Assembly: GCA_023920165.1 (NCBI GenBank) | Contig: CP089274.1 | Coordinates: 2,604,001-2,668,000 of the forward strand | Direction: 5' to 3' | Source of the DNA: Curvularia clavata | Taxonomy: Eukaryota | DNA length: 64,000 bases | Shown here: piece by piece, positions 36,801 through 49,779 of the stretch | Layout: every line of letters starts with the position of its first letter | Numbering within the stretch: the stretch's first letter is position 1 | Notes under the pieces: model-generated | What the model was told of the DNA's origin: nothing | Seen by the model: only the letters and a program-made list of their open reading frames with translations | Database searches by the model: none | Translations under genes and position numbers: made by a program

Positions 36801-37048
36801 CTTGCCGGAACCTCCCCACACAGTAGATCGGCGTTTTCGCCAAGTTGACCACTTCCGACTTCGCTGTACTCGCTTGAAAACGGATCAACTTCATCCCGCC
36901 CGTCCAGTGAAGCTACCCTCCAGATCCAAGCTTCTCCGAGGTACGCCGTCCATCCGGCTCTCTGCTTCGTCTTGTCTTCATCGATACCCCGCTAAACATA
37001 CTTCAAGAGTCACCTTGTTTCTGATTGTTCTCCTCTTCCTCCGAAGAC

Positions 37049-40000
37049 ATGGCGAATGTACAGGCGGCAGGAGCATCGTCGGGAGGTTCAGACGATGTTC
37101 CACCAGCCGGAAACTCAGCTTCGGCACCAAACCCAAAGATGAGAAAGAGGACCAAGACTGGTTGCCTCACCTGCAGAAAACGGCGCATAAAATGTGGTGA
37201 AGAGAGACCTACCTGTGCAAACTGCATCAAGTCCAAACGTCAGTGCGAAGGATACAACCAAAGAGTCATCTTCAAACCGCCTATTGGAGACTGGCCCAAT
37301 CATCCAGGCGTAGTCAGCACCATCCAGTATCACACCTCGATGCTTCCTGGGACACGCACTCAACCATACCGAGGACCCGAGCCAAGTGCTCCTTTGCCAG
37401 AAAACGCCCCCACATCGATTCAGCCACGGCCGATTAGCAACTTCGACTACCCACAGACGGGTGCAGTGCCTCCAGCACCATCACAAGCATTTGTTGGAGG
37501 CAATCTCAGCTATACCCACGAACAGACCTATCAACAACCCCTGCATTCACCACCCCACCAACAGCCGCTTATCTCCCCCCACCACCAAGCACACTCTCAT
37601 CCATCGACCGTATCATACTTTCCTCAGCAATCTCCAGTTCAGATAAATCCACCAGAGCAGCTCAGTCAGGGGCAAAGCACAAACACTCAACCATCAATAC
37701 CCTACAATTCTGGTGCTTCATATCCACCAGTTCCTGTTTCGTATAGCAGCGATCACGAGCTGAAACCAGTGGACTCCCAGCCTGTACCTGGTCAGCAGGT
37801 GTATCCACATACATATCGATCAGACAGTCTGCAAGATCCAGACAATTCTTACCAACAGCAACCCAATGTTTCGCCGCAGAGCGATCAGTTTACTCAGTGC
37901 GCGGAGGCAAGACCAGGCTTTCAGCGATATAACAGTCTTCCTCAAGTTCCTCTCCACTCGTCACAAGCTCAAAGTTATAATTTTCCCACGGCGATATCCC
38001 ATACTGACTTTAGCTATCCCAATTACTCTGCTGTTCAGTTGCCTGCTTATGATATGAATCAGGATGTAAAGCATATGCCACAGCCTGTTCTCGGTATGTC
38101 TCGTGTCTAGTCATATACTTTTTATACCCCAATGATTACTATTATTCTTTTTTTTTTTTCTTCTCTCTCTCCCTCTCTCTCTTCGTGTCCAAATCTTCAT
38201 CCGTCACCTAATAAATGCGGTGTATGCTTTCTTTTTCTTAAATTCTCCGTGCAATATATATATAGACTCTTTCATACGCACTCATGTGCTCAGATAATCA
38301 AACATGTCGTCACTATGTCATGGGGCAAGACAGCTGACTGTGATGAGCAGAAGACGCTACCGACGCACCCAAGCCGGTCGAATCTCATGTACAACCCGCT
38401 GAGCCTCACGCACAATTGCAATTAAGCGGATTCGGTGGCGAAGATCATCTCAGCCCTACACAGGTGCTTGACGAAGCGGCGGTAGAGTTCGAAGATGACG
38501 ATTACTGGGACGTGCATTCTGACGAGGATATGATCGACGCGGAGACTTGTGAGGACGAGAATGCTCTGCTCACAAGCAGGGAGTTCAGTACTATTCGGCG
38601 CATACATTTAGAGAACTCCAACGAGCTCGGTATCAGACGGTACGATGCCTTCTTGTACGATGGCCTACTATCGCACTACAAGCCTGAATACGCGGCAAGC
38701 CCTCTGCGTAACCCAAAGACAGCAAGAGTGTTTGCACATTTCATACATGTGGTAAGTGAGACACAACCCAGAGACCGCCTAGTATCTGTTAGGGGGGGGG
38801 GGGGGGAGTGCACTCTCTAGATACACGCAGATTTCCAAGCTAGTGAACAAGTATCTGATCATCCCTACAGACAGCACCAACACTATCGATCTTCGAACGG
38901 AACCCCAGAGACCCGACTCTCATATTCGAAGGTGCAACGCCGCCAGCCCAGCAAGGACTATGGACATACAAACTGCCCCTGAAGGCATTGAATCACCAGG
39001 GTCTATTACACGCTATGCTGGCCCTTGCGAGTTTGCACATTGCACGACTACAAGGGGCCTCGATTACGCCGTCCTATAAACACTACGCATACTCGCTCAA
39101 ACGTCTCGTTCGCTCGCTTGGACATCCGACAAAACGTCTGTCCATGCTCACACTGGCCAACTCATTACTGCTGGCTTGGTACGAGGTGTGGACAGCAGAA
39201 CACGTCAAGTGGGGTACCCATGTCGTCGGTGCTCAGCAGCTCATCACTGAGCTTGACTTTCGGTCGCTTACTCGCGAAGCAAGACGCATGCAGGCTGCAC
39301 AAACAGCAATGGAGCGACAATTTCCCTACCAAAACCCAGAGATGCTGATTGATCAGCGGCAGTTTGATCAAAGGCTGAAAGAAAACGCGATGATGCCAGA
39401 CCAGAACCTTGTGAGCGTCATTGTTGGAAACAAGGTCAACTATGATGATTTTGGAATGGTTTTCGAGGACGATGGGACAAGCCATGATACCAAGCCCAGC
39501 ATCACTGGGGGACTGGATTTGCACAGTTATGCGACGCTGCAAGATCTGTTCTGGTCGTTTGCTAGACACGATGTGTTCCAGAGCATTGTAAGCGGGAGTG
39601 CTCTCATGTGGGTAGCTCTCTTTTTGGTTCTTTGATCCACGACTAACAAATCGCAGTCATCCATATCATAAGTGGTCGGATTGTCCTCCGCGGTCCCCAA
39701 TCGGCCGCATCGATGCTCTTTACGGCAGTCATGACCATCTTCTATTGCTTTTAGGTCGCGTTGCAGATTTCACCGTCAAGGATAGACCACGTAAGGTCCG
39801 ACAAGTTGAAGCTGACGGTGGCTGGCGACCTCGCCCTGGTATCCCTGGCTTCGGTAACATGGGACCGCCTTCGGGTGGTCCTCCCGGCGGTCCTCCACGC
39901 GGTCCCCCAGGCGGTGCCCCAGGTGGTCCTGCAGGTGGCCCTCCTTTTGGTGAACGGTCAGGTCATATGCAAGGCCCACCACCGGGATGGAAAGGACCAC

Positions 40001-40989
40001 CCCCGCCAGGCTCTGGCCCACCACCTCCTTCAGCCATGCCCAAGTTCTTCGGAATGGCCCCTGCACCAACCATAGCACCACCAATGTCCAGCTACGAGAA
40101 CCCAAACTACAAACAATCACAACCAGCTCCAGAGATACCTCAAGCAAAGCATGACGACAATCTTTCCGTCGCTTATGAAAACGCAGTTGCAGAATGGCAA
40201 AGCATAAGTGATGCACATGCGGCAGTCGAACGCATATTCGAGACTACAGAGGGCTTTGCACCTTTGCCAGAGGACATCTACCCACCACCTCCAGGAGAAC
40301 GACAGCATGCACAGAGCAACATGACACCTTTTGGACCCGCCATTTCGCACCGGAGTTACGACATCTCCATTTTGTGGACGCTACTCTACCTTGCCAAAAT
40401 CATTCTCTTGCGTTCGCACCCCGGCATGCCTCCTGCAGCGCAAATGGCGGCAGGTGTGTGCGCGTCCGCCACTGCGCCCTACTGTACTCTCATAGGCCGC
40501 ATAACAGCCGGGTTCCAAATCCCCATCTCCGAGGACCTGTCTCCTTTCCTCGGCGCCATATTCACAGAAGCAACCATGTCCATGTTCTTCGCTGGTGTCA
40601 CCTTTAAGGACTCTACCCAGCGAGAGTGGCTCATCACGCGTCTCTTGGAGATTGAAAGGAGAATCGGCTGGGCTAGTGCGGGCATGATTGCAAAGGCGTG
40701 TGAGACGGTATGGGAGACGCAGGCGGAGATGAAGAGGGGGCCGCCTTATGTGAGGAGAACGAGGCGGACTATGAGGTTCAATGAGCAGGAGGGATACGTG
40801 GAGGATCCAGCGTACAACGAGTCCAGTGGTGGTCAGGGCAGCTCCGGTAGTGGTGAGAAAATAAGAGGGAGGAGTGGTGGACAGACGGAGAAGAGGTTTT
40901 TGTTCAGGAGCAAGCTACCTCCTTGGGCCATGAATCTCATGGGTACCGATGAAGATCTCAGGATGGGGATAGAGAAGGTTTCATTGTAA
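37049..40989 (+). CDS. Zn(II)2Cys6 transcription factor with fungal-specific TF domain, 4 exons
   Basis: RKRTKTGCLTCRKRRIKCGEERPTCANCIKSKRQCEGY; introns 38095-38350, 38752-38870 and 39608-39656 restore frame; LLHAMLALASLHIA motif; Pro/Gly-rich insert. Confidence 0.93.
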
Positions 40990-41218
40990 GAGGAGTAGGA
41001 TTTAAAAGGAGCGTGTCCCAAACCAGTCATCATCCATGGATGAGATGTTATCACGTCTTTGCTTGATAGGGTAGTGTGACAAATGCAACGCTTCCGTAAA
41101 CAACCCATTGTTTACAGCAGTAGGGGTGGGAGATTGATCACCTTTTTGCTCTGATGGGGTTAAGGGGCAGACACAACACCTCAAAAAACAATCCAAGTTT
41201 TCAAAAATACATTATACC

Positions 41219-41842
41219 CTATTTGCTTAGACCCAAATTTTTCGCCTTGTCATATTTCCTGGTCGCCCTCTTGGCCGTTCTCTCTTTGAACAAATTCTTC
41301 CAGGAAGAAACACGGAGAAGGCTCATTTCAGAGCTTGACCGACTCACATTAGGGGTGCTCCCGTTTGACCTTGAGCCGTCCAGCTGCCGTGTGCGCGCCG
41401 CTGTGGCGTGTGCGATTCGCTGCTGCTGGCGACGGAGTTCCAAGAGACGTCGTACGTAATCCTCTTCTTCTTTCAGACGCTGCTCCCTGCGGGCGGTGTA
41501 AACGTCGTGTATAGAACCGCGTCTCTCGAGGCGATAGGGGTTTTTGGGATGCCATGGATTCAGCTGCGGTCCGAGCGCAACCCTCTCAGCAAACGTTGGT
41601 GGCGGTATGGGCTGGGAACGTCTTCTTGGGATGGCAGATTGCTGTGATATGTTCGTGAGACCAGATCCAGTCGAGTAAGCCCTGGGCAAGCCTGGCCTTC
41701 CGTATGGAGAATTTCGGGTGTCCATAGGATCGAGTGGTAAGCCTAGTAGATATCGCCTGGTCCAGTATTCTCGGGGCGGACCGTAGAAGCCCACAGCGTA
41801 AGGAAACAGTGTGGCGGCTTCAAGACGCACCTGCTGCTTCAT
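41219..41842 (-). CDS. Hypothetical basic protein (5' end uncertain)
   Basis: 207-aa ORF. Its ATG lies within a branch/acceptor-like CTAATGAAGCAG, so the true start may be an upstream exon or the internal MDTRNSPYG. Confidence 0.5.
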   Translation of the reverse strand: MKQQVRLEAATLFPYAVGFYGPPREYWTRRYLLGLPLDPMDTRNSPYGRPGLPRAYSTGSGLTNISQQSAIPRRRSQPIPPPTFAERVALGPQLNPWHPKNPYRLERRGSIHDVYTARREQRLKEEEDYVRRLLELRRQQQRIAHATAARTRQLDGSRSNGSTPNVSRSSSEMSLLRVSSWKNLFKERTAKRATRKYDKAKNLGLSK

Positions 41843-42954
41843 TAGTAATCTGTTTCTTCTTGCTGTATGTGTGGGCCGTTGACTAAGGAGCGGAAGACAG
41901 ACTCAGGAAGAAAGTATTAGAGCCGTAGGGCTCGTATCCGAGTGTCGTCGTGTTGTGGTAAGCTGAAGCCGGCACAGAAGAGTGCTTAACGGCGGCCTGA
42001 CAGCTCTGGCACTGAAGGAGACGTTACCGTCAGCGTCCTTGCTAGGTAGAGAATTGGCGTGAGAAGAAAAAGGCGGACTGGTGGCTTCAGTGGCGAAGGC
42101 GACGGTAGACTAGTTGTGCCTGCAGGATGGAGGCTTGAAGTGAGAAGAAAACGTGTTAGGAGATGCAATAAAACAATCGCAGTGTTGAGAGTGCTCAAGT
42201 AGGATGTTGTTGTCCGCCTGGCCAACGAGCAATGGAGTGTGAGGGAGAAGAAGAGAAAAAACTGGAGGAGAGAGAAGGTAAAGGAAGCTCAAGCACAACG
42301 CAACTGCAGCAGTGGCAGAGAGGCTGCCGGTAGCCGCAGCCCAGTGAGGCAGCAGCACGTAAATGTATGCGGCAATGACACTACTGAAATCACACAGTGT
42401 CAGGGTCCCTGTTTCCTGCCCAACACTCACATCTTGCAATCGCCTGGACACAGAGTACCTTGTTTCTCTATGAGCGCATGAGAGACCAAGTCTTCTCACA
42501 TGGCTGACGCTTTAGGAAGGCTCTAGCTGGACACGGCCATTGTATGCTACGAAGCACATGTCATCTGATGCCAGTTGGCTTCACCGTCACTACGAATATC
42601 CTATTTTGTTGCAGTCAAATGTGAGCATATCGGAAAAAAATTCAATGCTATCTTCGCAGTAACGAGAAACCCACTTTAACTCAACAATGGTATCCTATCC
42701 TTTCATATTCCCCTCATCCATGCAAATGCCAACACACAAACGCTTCAAATACAATTATGCTCTTTTGGTATTGAATCCACCCTAAGTCACATGCATAGTG
42801 TTCCTACAATCCGAAGAATGAACCTACCTACATGGGCACTACGGACAGCTTCGACATGGCTCTGTGCCGAACTAGCGTTTTGACGACCTCCTTATTCCCA
42901 GGACATGGTGTTCCCGCTGCTTTCGGACGAAAGCGATGATGAATCGTCCAGCCA

Positions 42955-45900
42955 CTAACCAGAGAATCTAAACCGCGAAGCCTCCAGTCTACCAAGACCC
43001 TCTCTGGGGGCCACATTTCTCCGGCGGTAGCTAGTCGTGAAGTCTTGTAGGATCGTCCTGATCATCCTAACATCACCAGTCTGGATGCGTTGGCGAATGT
43101 TGTTAAGAAAGCGTTCACTTTCTTGGGGTGTGATGCTGCCCTGTGGTAACATGGCCACAGTGTTGGCAACCCACTGTGCGACTTGTTCAGGCATAAGCTC
43201 AAACAGATCCAGAAGCACGCCAGAGGAGTCGGCAAAACAGCCCTCAGGGAAACTGTACATCATACCCGTCATTATACGCTGCACAAGATCGACACCGGCA
43301 CCCATGACAAGCTGCTTAACGCGATCACGTATCTGCTCTGGAACTTCATGACGCGTATTATCAAAAGTGGATGAAGGCGATGAGTTGCGACCATAGCCGA
43401 GGAGATCGCGAAGGAAGTGCAGTACCGCGATGATGGGGTCCTCTTTGAGCAGGGTGAGGGAGCTGCAGGCTGCGAGGAGAATGGTCTCCATGAGCGGAGA
43501 CATGATAGACTCTGATGGGAAGTAGAGCACCATGTCGGCTGCGAGACGGAAGTAGTCCTCGATGAGATCAGGGAGTTCTTCCGGTGGCAGGTCACTGAGG
43601 ATTCTCAGGAAAGTCTTTGCTTGCTGCTCATAGAACTGGTAGACACTGTTTAGCAGATCTGGGTTAACATCTTCTACGCCCTGAGAGAATTCTCGCACAA
43701 TCGAGGCTGTTGCCCAAAGGAAGCATCCTTGTCTCGATTTGTCGAAGCCTTCAACCAGTTTCGTGGCAAGGGGCGCCAGAAGTGGTCGCATCGCTGTCTG
43801 GTAAGAAAGCACCATATACCGCCAGCACCTACATACACGCTCGAGGATCGGTATGCTTGTATGGAAATGGCTGATCATGTTTGCAAGAGTGTCGAAGATT
43901 TCTTGGCAGTACTTGACGGCTGGATGGTCTTGGCCTGGTGGTACCTCAGGGCGCACCATTTCAAAGAATATGGTGAGCAGGTTGATCTTGTCGGCAATCA
44001 GTTTCTGGTCTGGTTCGTCCTTGGCTTGTTGAGCGAGCTCAATCAAATGCGCCATAACAGGGTCAAGATAGAGCTTGAGTGTTGCATAGAGCTGGTCGTT
44101 GGGGACCTTGGCGACGACAGATGCAACACCTTCGGTAATCTCTTCCTGACTACTGATAGGCAGCTTGTTCAAGTTCTTTGCATAGAACTGCTGCAATGGG
44201 CCGACAAATGGGACCAACAGGCTTGCGCAGTCGTTGCAGAAGAACTTGAATGACAGGGCGGCAGCTCGGATAACATCCTTGGTGGAATGATCAAAAGCTG
44301 CCATGATGTAGTCCAATTGCATCTGTAGTGTGTCGGGGTGCTGAGCTGTCCATTCCGTGTACCTTCCGAGAGCCATTACAGCTTGGAAGCGCAGTTTGTT
44401 GTGGTCGGGTATGCCCGCAATGAGCGGAATCAGGCGTGGCAGCATGATGTTCTCATCCGGAGGCACCATGCGACCCATGGCCCGAACAGCAAATAAGGGT
44501 GCTTCCAGTTTCTGCCACTCAGGTACACTGTTCGGGCCAGCTTGAGCGCCGTAGATTTGGACCCATTGTTGAATGAGATCGTAGGGTTTTTGGAGACATT
44601 CGACAACACCCATGACCTCACAACAATCCTTGAGAACATCACCCATTTGGTGGCGGAACTCGCGAAACTTTTCCTCCTGCTCGCGATCACCCTCGAACAA
44701 ATCCTTGTCATCGCCACCGTCACCGTCCGGCTTGGGGAATTGAAGGTGGCCAATCATAATGTCGACGAGTTTGGAGTAAATGTCGACGCACTGATTGCGG
44801 GCCTCGGCGTATTTCTCGAGCGTGAGATACTGCTTGAGGTCGTACCAGAACTTGAATGTGTGGGAAATGGCATCTCTCTCCTTATCCAACGCGGCTATCG
44901 CCAATATGGCTTCGACCAGTGCACGGAAGTCGGTGGGAAGGCGCGCAATGAGGATTACCCAAGATTCTCCAGCCTCGGCAAATATCCTCGCAATGCCCTT
45001 GAACTTTTCAGAGTCCTCCTCTTGTGCTGCTTCTGCGAGCTTCGTCTGGAGGCTGATGACTTGGGGATAGAGGACCATTATCGAGTTGAGGGTTTCGTCT
45101 ACATCTCTGGTCTCGGCAAGGAGGGCGCTCAGACATTCCACCGCAGCCTCGAAAGGATCTTCGTGCGAGAGGCCATCAAAGATGATCTTCAGGAGAGCAG
45201 AGTTGATGATAGCGTCCAACGGGATCTCACGTATCCAGGAAGTGATGCATTGGAGTAATTGGGGATTCTGGGCGGCTGCGGCTAGGGGGCTGTTAGTGGG
45301 ATCGGGCTCAAGCGTATGAGGGGGCAAACGTACGTGAAGAGGTTCCATATCGTACGAGGAGTTCCAGGGCTTGTTGGGCGTTGTCTTCAATCAACTCAGC
45401 CGTCCTCATAGTCAACTCGTGTTCCTGACCACACCACATTAGACTACAACTCTGCTAGCATGCGTCGGCACCGCGGGGAATTGCCGTAGGCTGTAAATGG
45501 GGCGCGGCTCGATCGGACGTACTGTGAGTGCGATCTTACGTCCATGAGTGACTTCTTCGGGGAGAACGCGGAGAAAGTCGAGGACGCAAGGTAAGGTTGC
45601 TGGGTCGGAGCCGAGTGAGGTGACGATATCTTTGAGGACATCCTTCCACTCGGTCATCTGAATTGCGAGATTTGCCAGGCACACGCACAGCTGCAAGCGT
45701 ATCGGCTTGGGTCCAGCGTGGAATGTGGCCAAGTTTCGCATGATGGAGGCTCGCAGCTCTGGAAGCTGCGCGCGGGGCACTTGGTGCAGGTCGTAGACAA
45801 TCTGATGACCATTAGGAAGGGTGAATTTTGGTGAAGGGTACAGCGACCTACCTTGCCCTTGAGCGTGGTGGCAGCAAAGAGCTTGGCTGCTGCATCTGCA

Positions 45901-46120
45901 GAGTTGGACTCGAGCATCGCCAATGTGGTTGTCCATGCCTCTTCCTGCGCCCTAATCAGCCCTGTGTGCCTCTCCGTGACGACGCACTGCTACATACCGA
46001 CTTCTGAAACTGCTCCAAGAACTTGTGTGCCTGCTCTTTCTGTGCGCGATCCGCCGACGACGCCATGGTGTTGTGCGCCGCCAGCACGGGCTCAAACACT
46101 TGCTGTCCGTTGGCAGCCAT
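42955..46120 (-). CDS. MTR10: Karyopherin Mtr10 / transportin-SR, 5 exons
   Basis: MAANGQQVFEPVLAAHNTM...FLEQFQKS; FAATTLKGK; FLRVLPEEV; FREFRHQMGDVLKDCC; four GT-AG introns. Confidence 0.95.
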
Positions 46121-46543
46121 GGCGAGGGCGTTTGAAGGGGTGGACTGTGATGGTGGGGGAACAGATGCGGATAACTGCTCAGAGAGAGACGGCCGGGCGG
46201 GAGTTATTTTGCGCGCATGCACTGGCTGTGGGATGGAGGGCGGCAGACAGAAAACGCAGGCGGCGGCGATGCGGCAGGTTTGGTGGTGTGTGGAAGTGGT
46301 GACGGCGGTAGAAGTGGTGGAGGTGGTGGGGGGTGAGTTTGCTCGGGCATGGGCAGGTGCGTTTCGTCGCGCATAGGCAGTGCATGCAAAGATCCCCACG
46401 TTAGCGCCAAGCATTGTGACCGCTCACTCGCGCCAGAAATGTTTCCCGACTGCACTCCATCCCCCCAGCTATTGCGAACCCTGCGAACCCGGCTCCAATT
46501 CTAAGAACGCGCAAACCAGAAGACCAGCAGCTCGATTCACAAC

Positions 46544-46981
46544 ATGACTGGACGCGGAGGTCAGTATGCCATGTTTTTGGGGCGGTAACCATAGCTAACG
46601 TGTTGCAGGTCGCGGCGGAGGTAAAGGTACGATGGCTGCCACCACATGCTTGCACCAAACGACACACTGACAAGAGTCCAGTCCTCCTTCCACCTATCAA
46701 CTTTATTTTCAAGCTCCTACAATCACGAGCGACCATATCAGTATGGCTGTATGAGAACCTGGGCATGCGCATCGAGGGAAAACTGAGGGTACGACAGCCG
46801 TTTGCTATTTACGTCCAGGCAGCTAACGGACAACCAGGGCTTTGACGAGTTCATGAACCTTGTCATCGACGACGCCATCGAAGTCACGCTTGCGAAGAAG
46901 GACGCACCCGAGGAGAGGCGCAAGATTGGCCAGATCCTGTTGAAAGGAGACAACATTTCCCTAATCCAGCAGCTGCAATAG
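46544..46981 (+). CDS. SME1: Small nuclear ribonucleoprotein SmE, 4 exons
   Basis: Spliced [63 protein letters not shown]...[18 protein letters not shown]. Confidence 0.95.
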
Positions 46982-47107
46982 GCGCCACTGACGGACGCAT
47001 TGCTTGTCGCAAGTGCAGAATCGCATACATGAGAGAAGGCGCATGATTGGCAGGACTTTGGAAGGCAGCGAGGGTGCACGATTTTGTTTAGCAAACATGG
47101 GAGAGGC

Positions 47108-47902
47108 TCAAGCACCTGCGCGACGGAGCTCGCCAGCACCGGTAACCAAGGCGTCGAGGCGAAAATCGGACGAGTCCATGGGTACCGACTCATTTAGTGG
47201 AAGCAGCTGCTCGGTCAACGACAGGCCAACTTTGACGTGGTTAGTTAGCCCTCCACATACAGAATACCAGTAGTTCTTACCGCGAAAGGGCATGCGCGAT
47301 ACATGGTGACATCGGGTCAAGAAGAAGTCGTAGAAGCCCTTGCCGTGGCCGAGACGGCCAAATTGCGCATCAAAGGCCATGCCAGGCATGACAATCAGAT
47401 CGAGGCCGTCTGTCATAGCCTCCGTCTTGCCGTGTGTGAGACCCGTACCGCCAAAGCAGTTGGCACGTGACGAAATGGACTCTTCGCTCGGCGTGGGAAT
47501 GCCCCATTTGTCTGGTCGGAGCGAGTCAAAATCGGTCATGGAGTGCAGCTCGAGCATGTCCATGATGGACTTGGGCTGGCCCTGGCTGGGAGTCTCTAGG
47601 GAGTACGTGTAGGGAATGAAGACCTTCTTGCCCTGGTCCAGCGCATTGCGGACAATGTCGGTTGTGGAGATTTCACCTCCAGGCATAGATAGATAGACGC
47701 TGATTCTACGGGCAGCCTGGTACTCGGGCATGGCGAGCAGAGTCGCCGTGGCATTGTTTGCTGGGCGGCATTAGAAGAGCGACACACTGCTCCGCTGGCT
47801 TGACGTACTCTGCGAGGCAGCGGCGGCATCAGGCAGTTTGCTGAGTATCTCCCGCATCTTCTTTCGCAACTCCTTCTTGACTGCTACGAGCGACCCCGCC
47901 AT
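47108..47902 (-). CDS. FAU1: 5-formyltetrahydrofolate cyclo-ligase, 3 exons
   Basis: MAGSLVAVKKELRKKMR; ISVYLSMPGGEIST; DLIVMPGMAFD...RLGHGKGFYD; VPMDSSDFRLD. Confidence 0.93.
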
Positions 47903-48370
47903 GGTGTGCGTTTGTGCGTTTGATAGCGAATGTCACGGTGTTTCAGAGCCAGAGCGAGAGCCAGACTAGACCCAGAGCCGTTGCGTAGCCGCCAAGCGCA
48001 AGCTGTGGGTGACAGCAACTCGTACGCAGCGGGCTAACGTGGTATTGGCCTGGATGGGCGTGCCGTTGAATAAGCGCAGTCCAGCCACCAGCAATCGAGA
48101 GAATGGCGCGGATGCGGGTGCGGGCAACGAAGGCCGGTTCTGTCCATGGCAGCCGATGATCTGCAAGTAGCCGCGCCATCCTTGTCGATGCGTCCCAAGC
48201 AAGGAGGCGGCGACACTCAACATGCCCAGCCCACGACTCTCCTTCTTTCGACATCCACCCGCCGTCCACATACATCCGCTCACGCATACACGTCCACGCG
48301 CTCGCTATCGCCCTCGCGCCTACATTTAAACGCCCACACTCGTTAAGAAACACGCGCACTCCCCAGAAAG

Positions 48371-49260
48371 ATGCTTTCCCGGATAGCAGCCCTACTCCTC
48401 TCCGGAGTCGCCGTACTGCACGCGCAGGCCCAGACTGCTGCTGCTCCCGCCGAGCTCGTAGGCACATGGACAAGCAAGTCAAATTCGACCATGACCGGCC
48501 CTGTATGACCTTTGGATTGCGACATGCGCGGGAGCGTCGAGGCTAATTGCTGACACAGGGCTTCTATAACCCCGTTGAGGACAAATTCACCGAGCCGAAG
48601 CACACGGGCATCAGCTACTCCTTCACAGCTGACGGCTTTTACGAGGAGGCTTACTATCGCGCAGTCGCCAACCGTACGTGCAAACCGGTAGCCAAGTCCC
48701 TACTGTGACCAGTCTACTAACGACGCCTACAGCCCAGAATCCAAAATGCCCCAAAGGCATCATCCAATGGCAGCACGGAAAATACGAAAAACTCAGCAAT
48801 GGCTCTCTGGTCTTGACCCCCATCAAAGTCGACGGTCGACAGCTATTCTCGGACCCATGCACGTACAAGTATTCCATCTACACACGCTACAACACTACAG
48901 AGTTGTTTGATGTATGTATCTGCTATCTCCAAGCCCCCATAAGCACAGATGCTGACATCTGCACAGCACTACGAATACGTTGCTTCCGATGCCTATGCCA
49001 AGATACCCCGCCTCACCCTTTACAAAGCCGACGGCGCGCCCATGATGCCTCTGTACCTCGCCATGTCCCAGCCCCAAATGCTGCCTACCACCACGCTCAA
49101 TCCCCTCGTCACTCAGACCACCGCCCCCAAGAAGTCCAAGCGCGGCGAGCTCCCCTCGAACCAAGAGGCCATCTTCAAGCGCGCGACCAAAGCTGACCAA
49201 TGGTGGTGGTTTGGCGTCCTCATGACTGCAAGCGGAGGCTTGCTTTACTATTTCTTCTAG
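48371..49260 (+). CDS. ROT1: ER chaperone Rot1, 4 exons
   Basis: Signal peptide; LVGTWTSKS; TGPGFYNPVEDKF; WQHGKY; LTPIKVDGRQL; PQMLPTTTLNP; C-terminal WWWFG TM. Confidence 0.93.
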
Positions 49261-49779
49261 GAGACGATGGACATGATAGATGTTATCTGCGGGAAAATGA
49301 CAAGGCTTCGTCTTGCGATCAAAGGTCTGTAGGATACGAGTCGGAGTTTTGCTTTGCGTCAAAAGATGGTTTCGGGCGGCAGGACACGCTCTGGGAGTTT
49401 GTGTGGCATCATGATAATGGAGTTTGCGACTAGCAGTTTTTTTTTAAACTAATGTACTCATATGGTTTTGGCGTTGGAACTCAAACGGCCTGTTTGAGCT
49501 GCTGGGTTTTTAGCATGGGAAGGCAATGAGTATGGGGGGTTGGGTGTGGCATAGTATGTAGTGAACATTGGGCGTTAGCGGTGGGTATAGAATTATCGAT
49601 AGTTATCAGTATCGTTTTCTACGAGGAAGTAGAAAGAATAAAAAAAACCACAACTTGATATCGCATTCTTCTTGGCTGCAAACTGAGTAGCCGGGAGCGA
49701 GAGCAATGATCCAACTTCTCGCTCCTTACCTCTGCTATGATTCTCCTCATACACACTTTCCCTTTTCTTCCCTTCCCAT

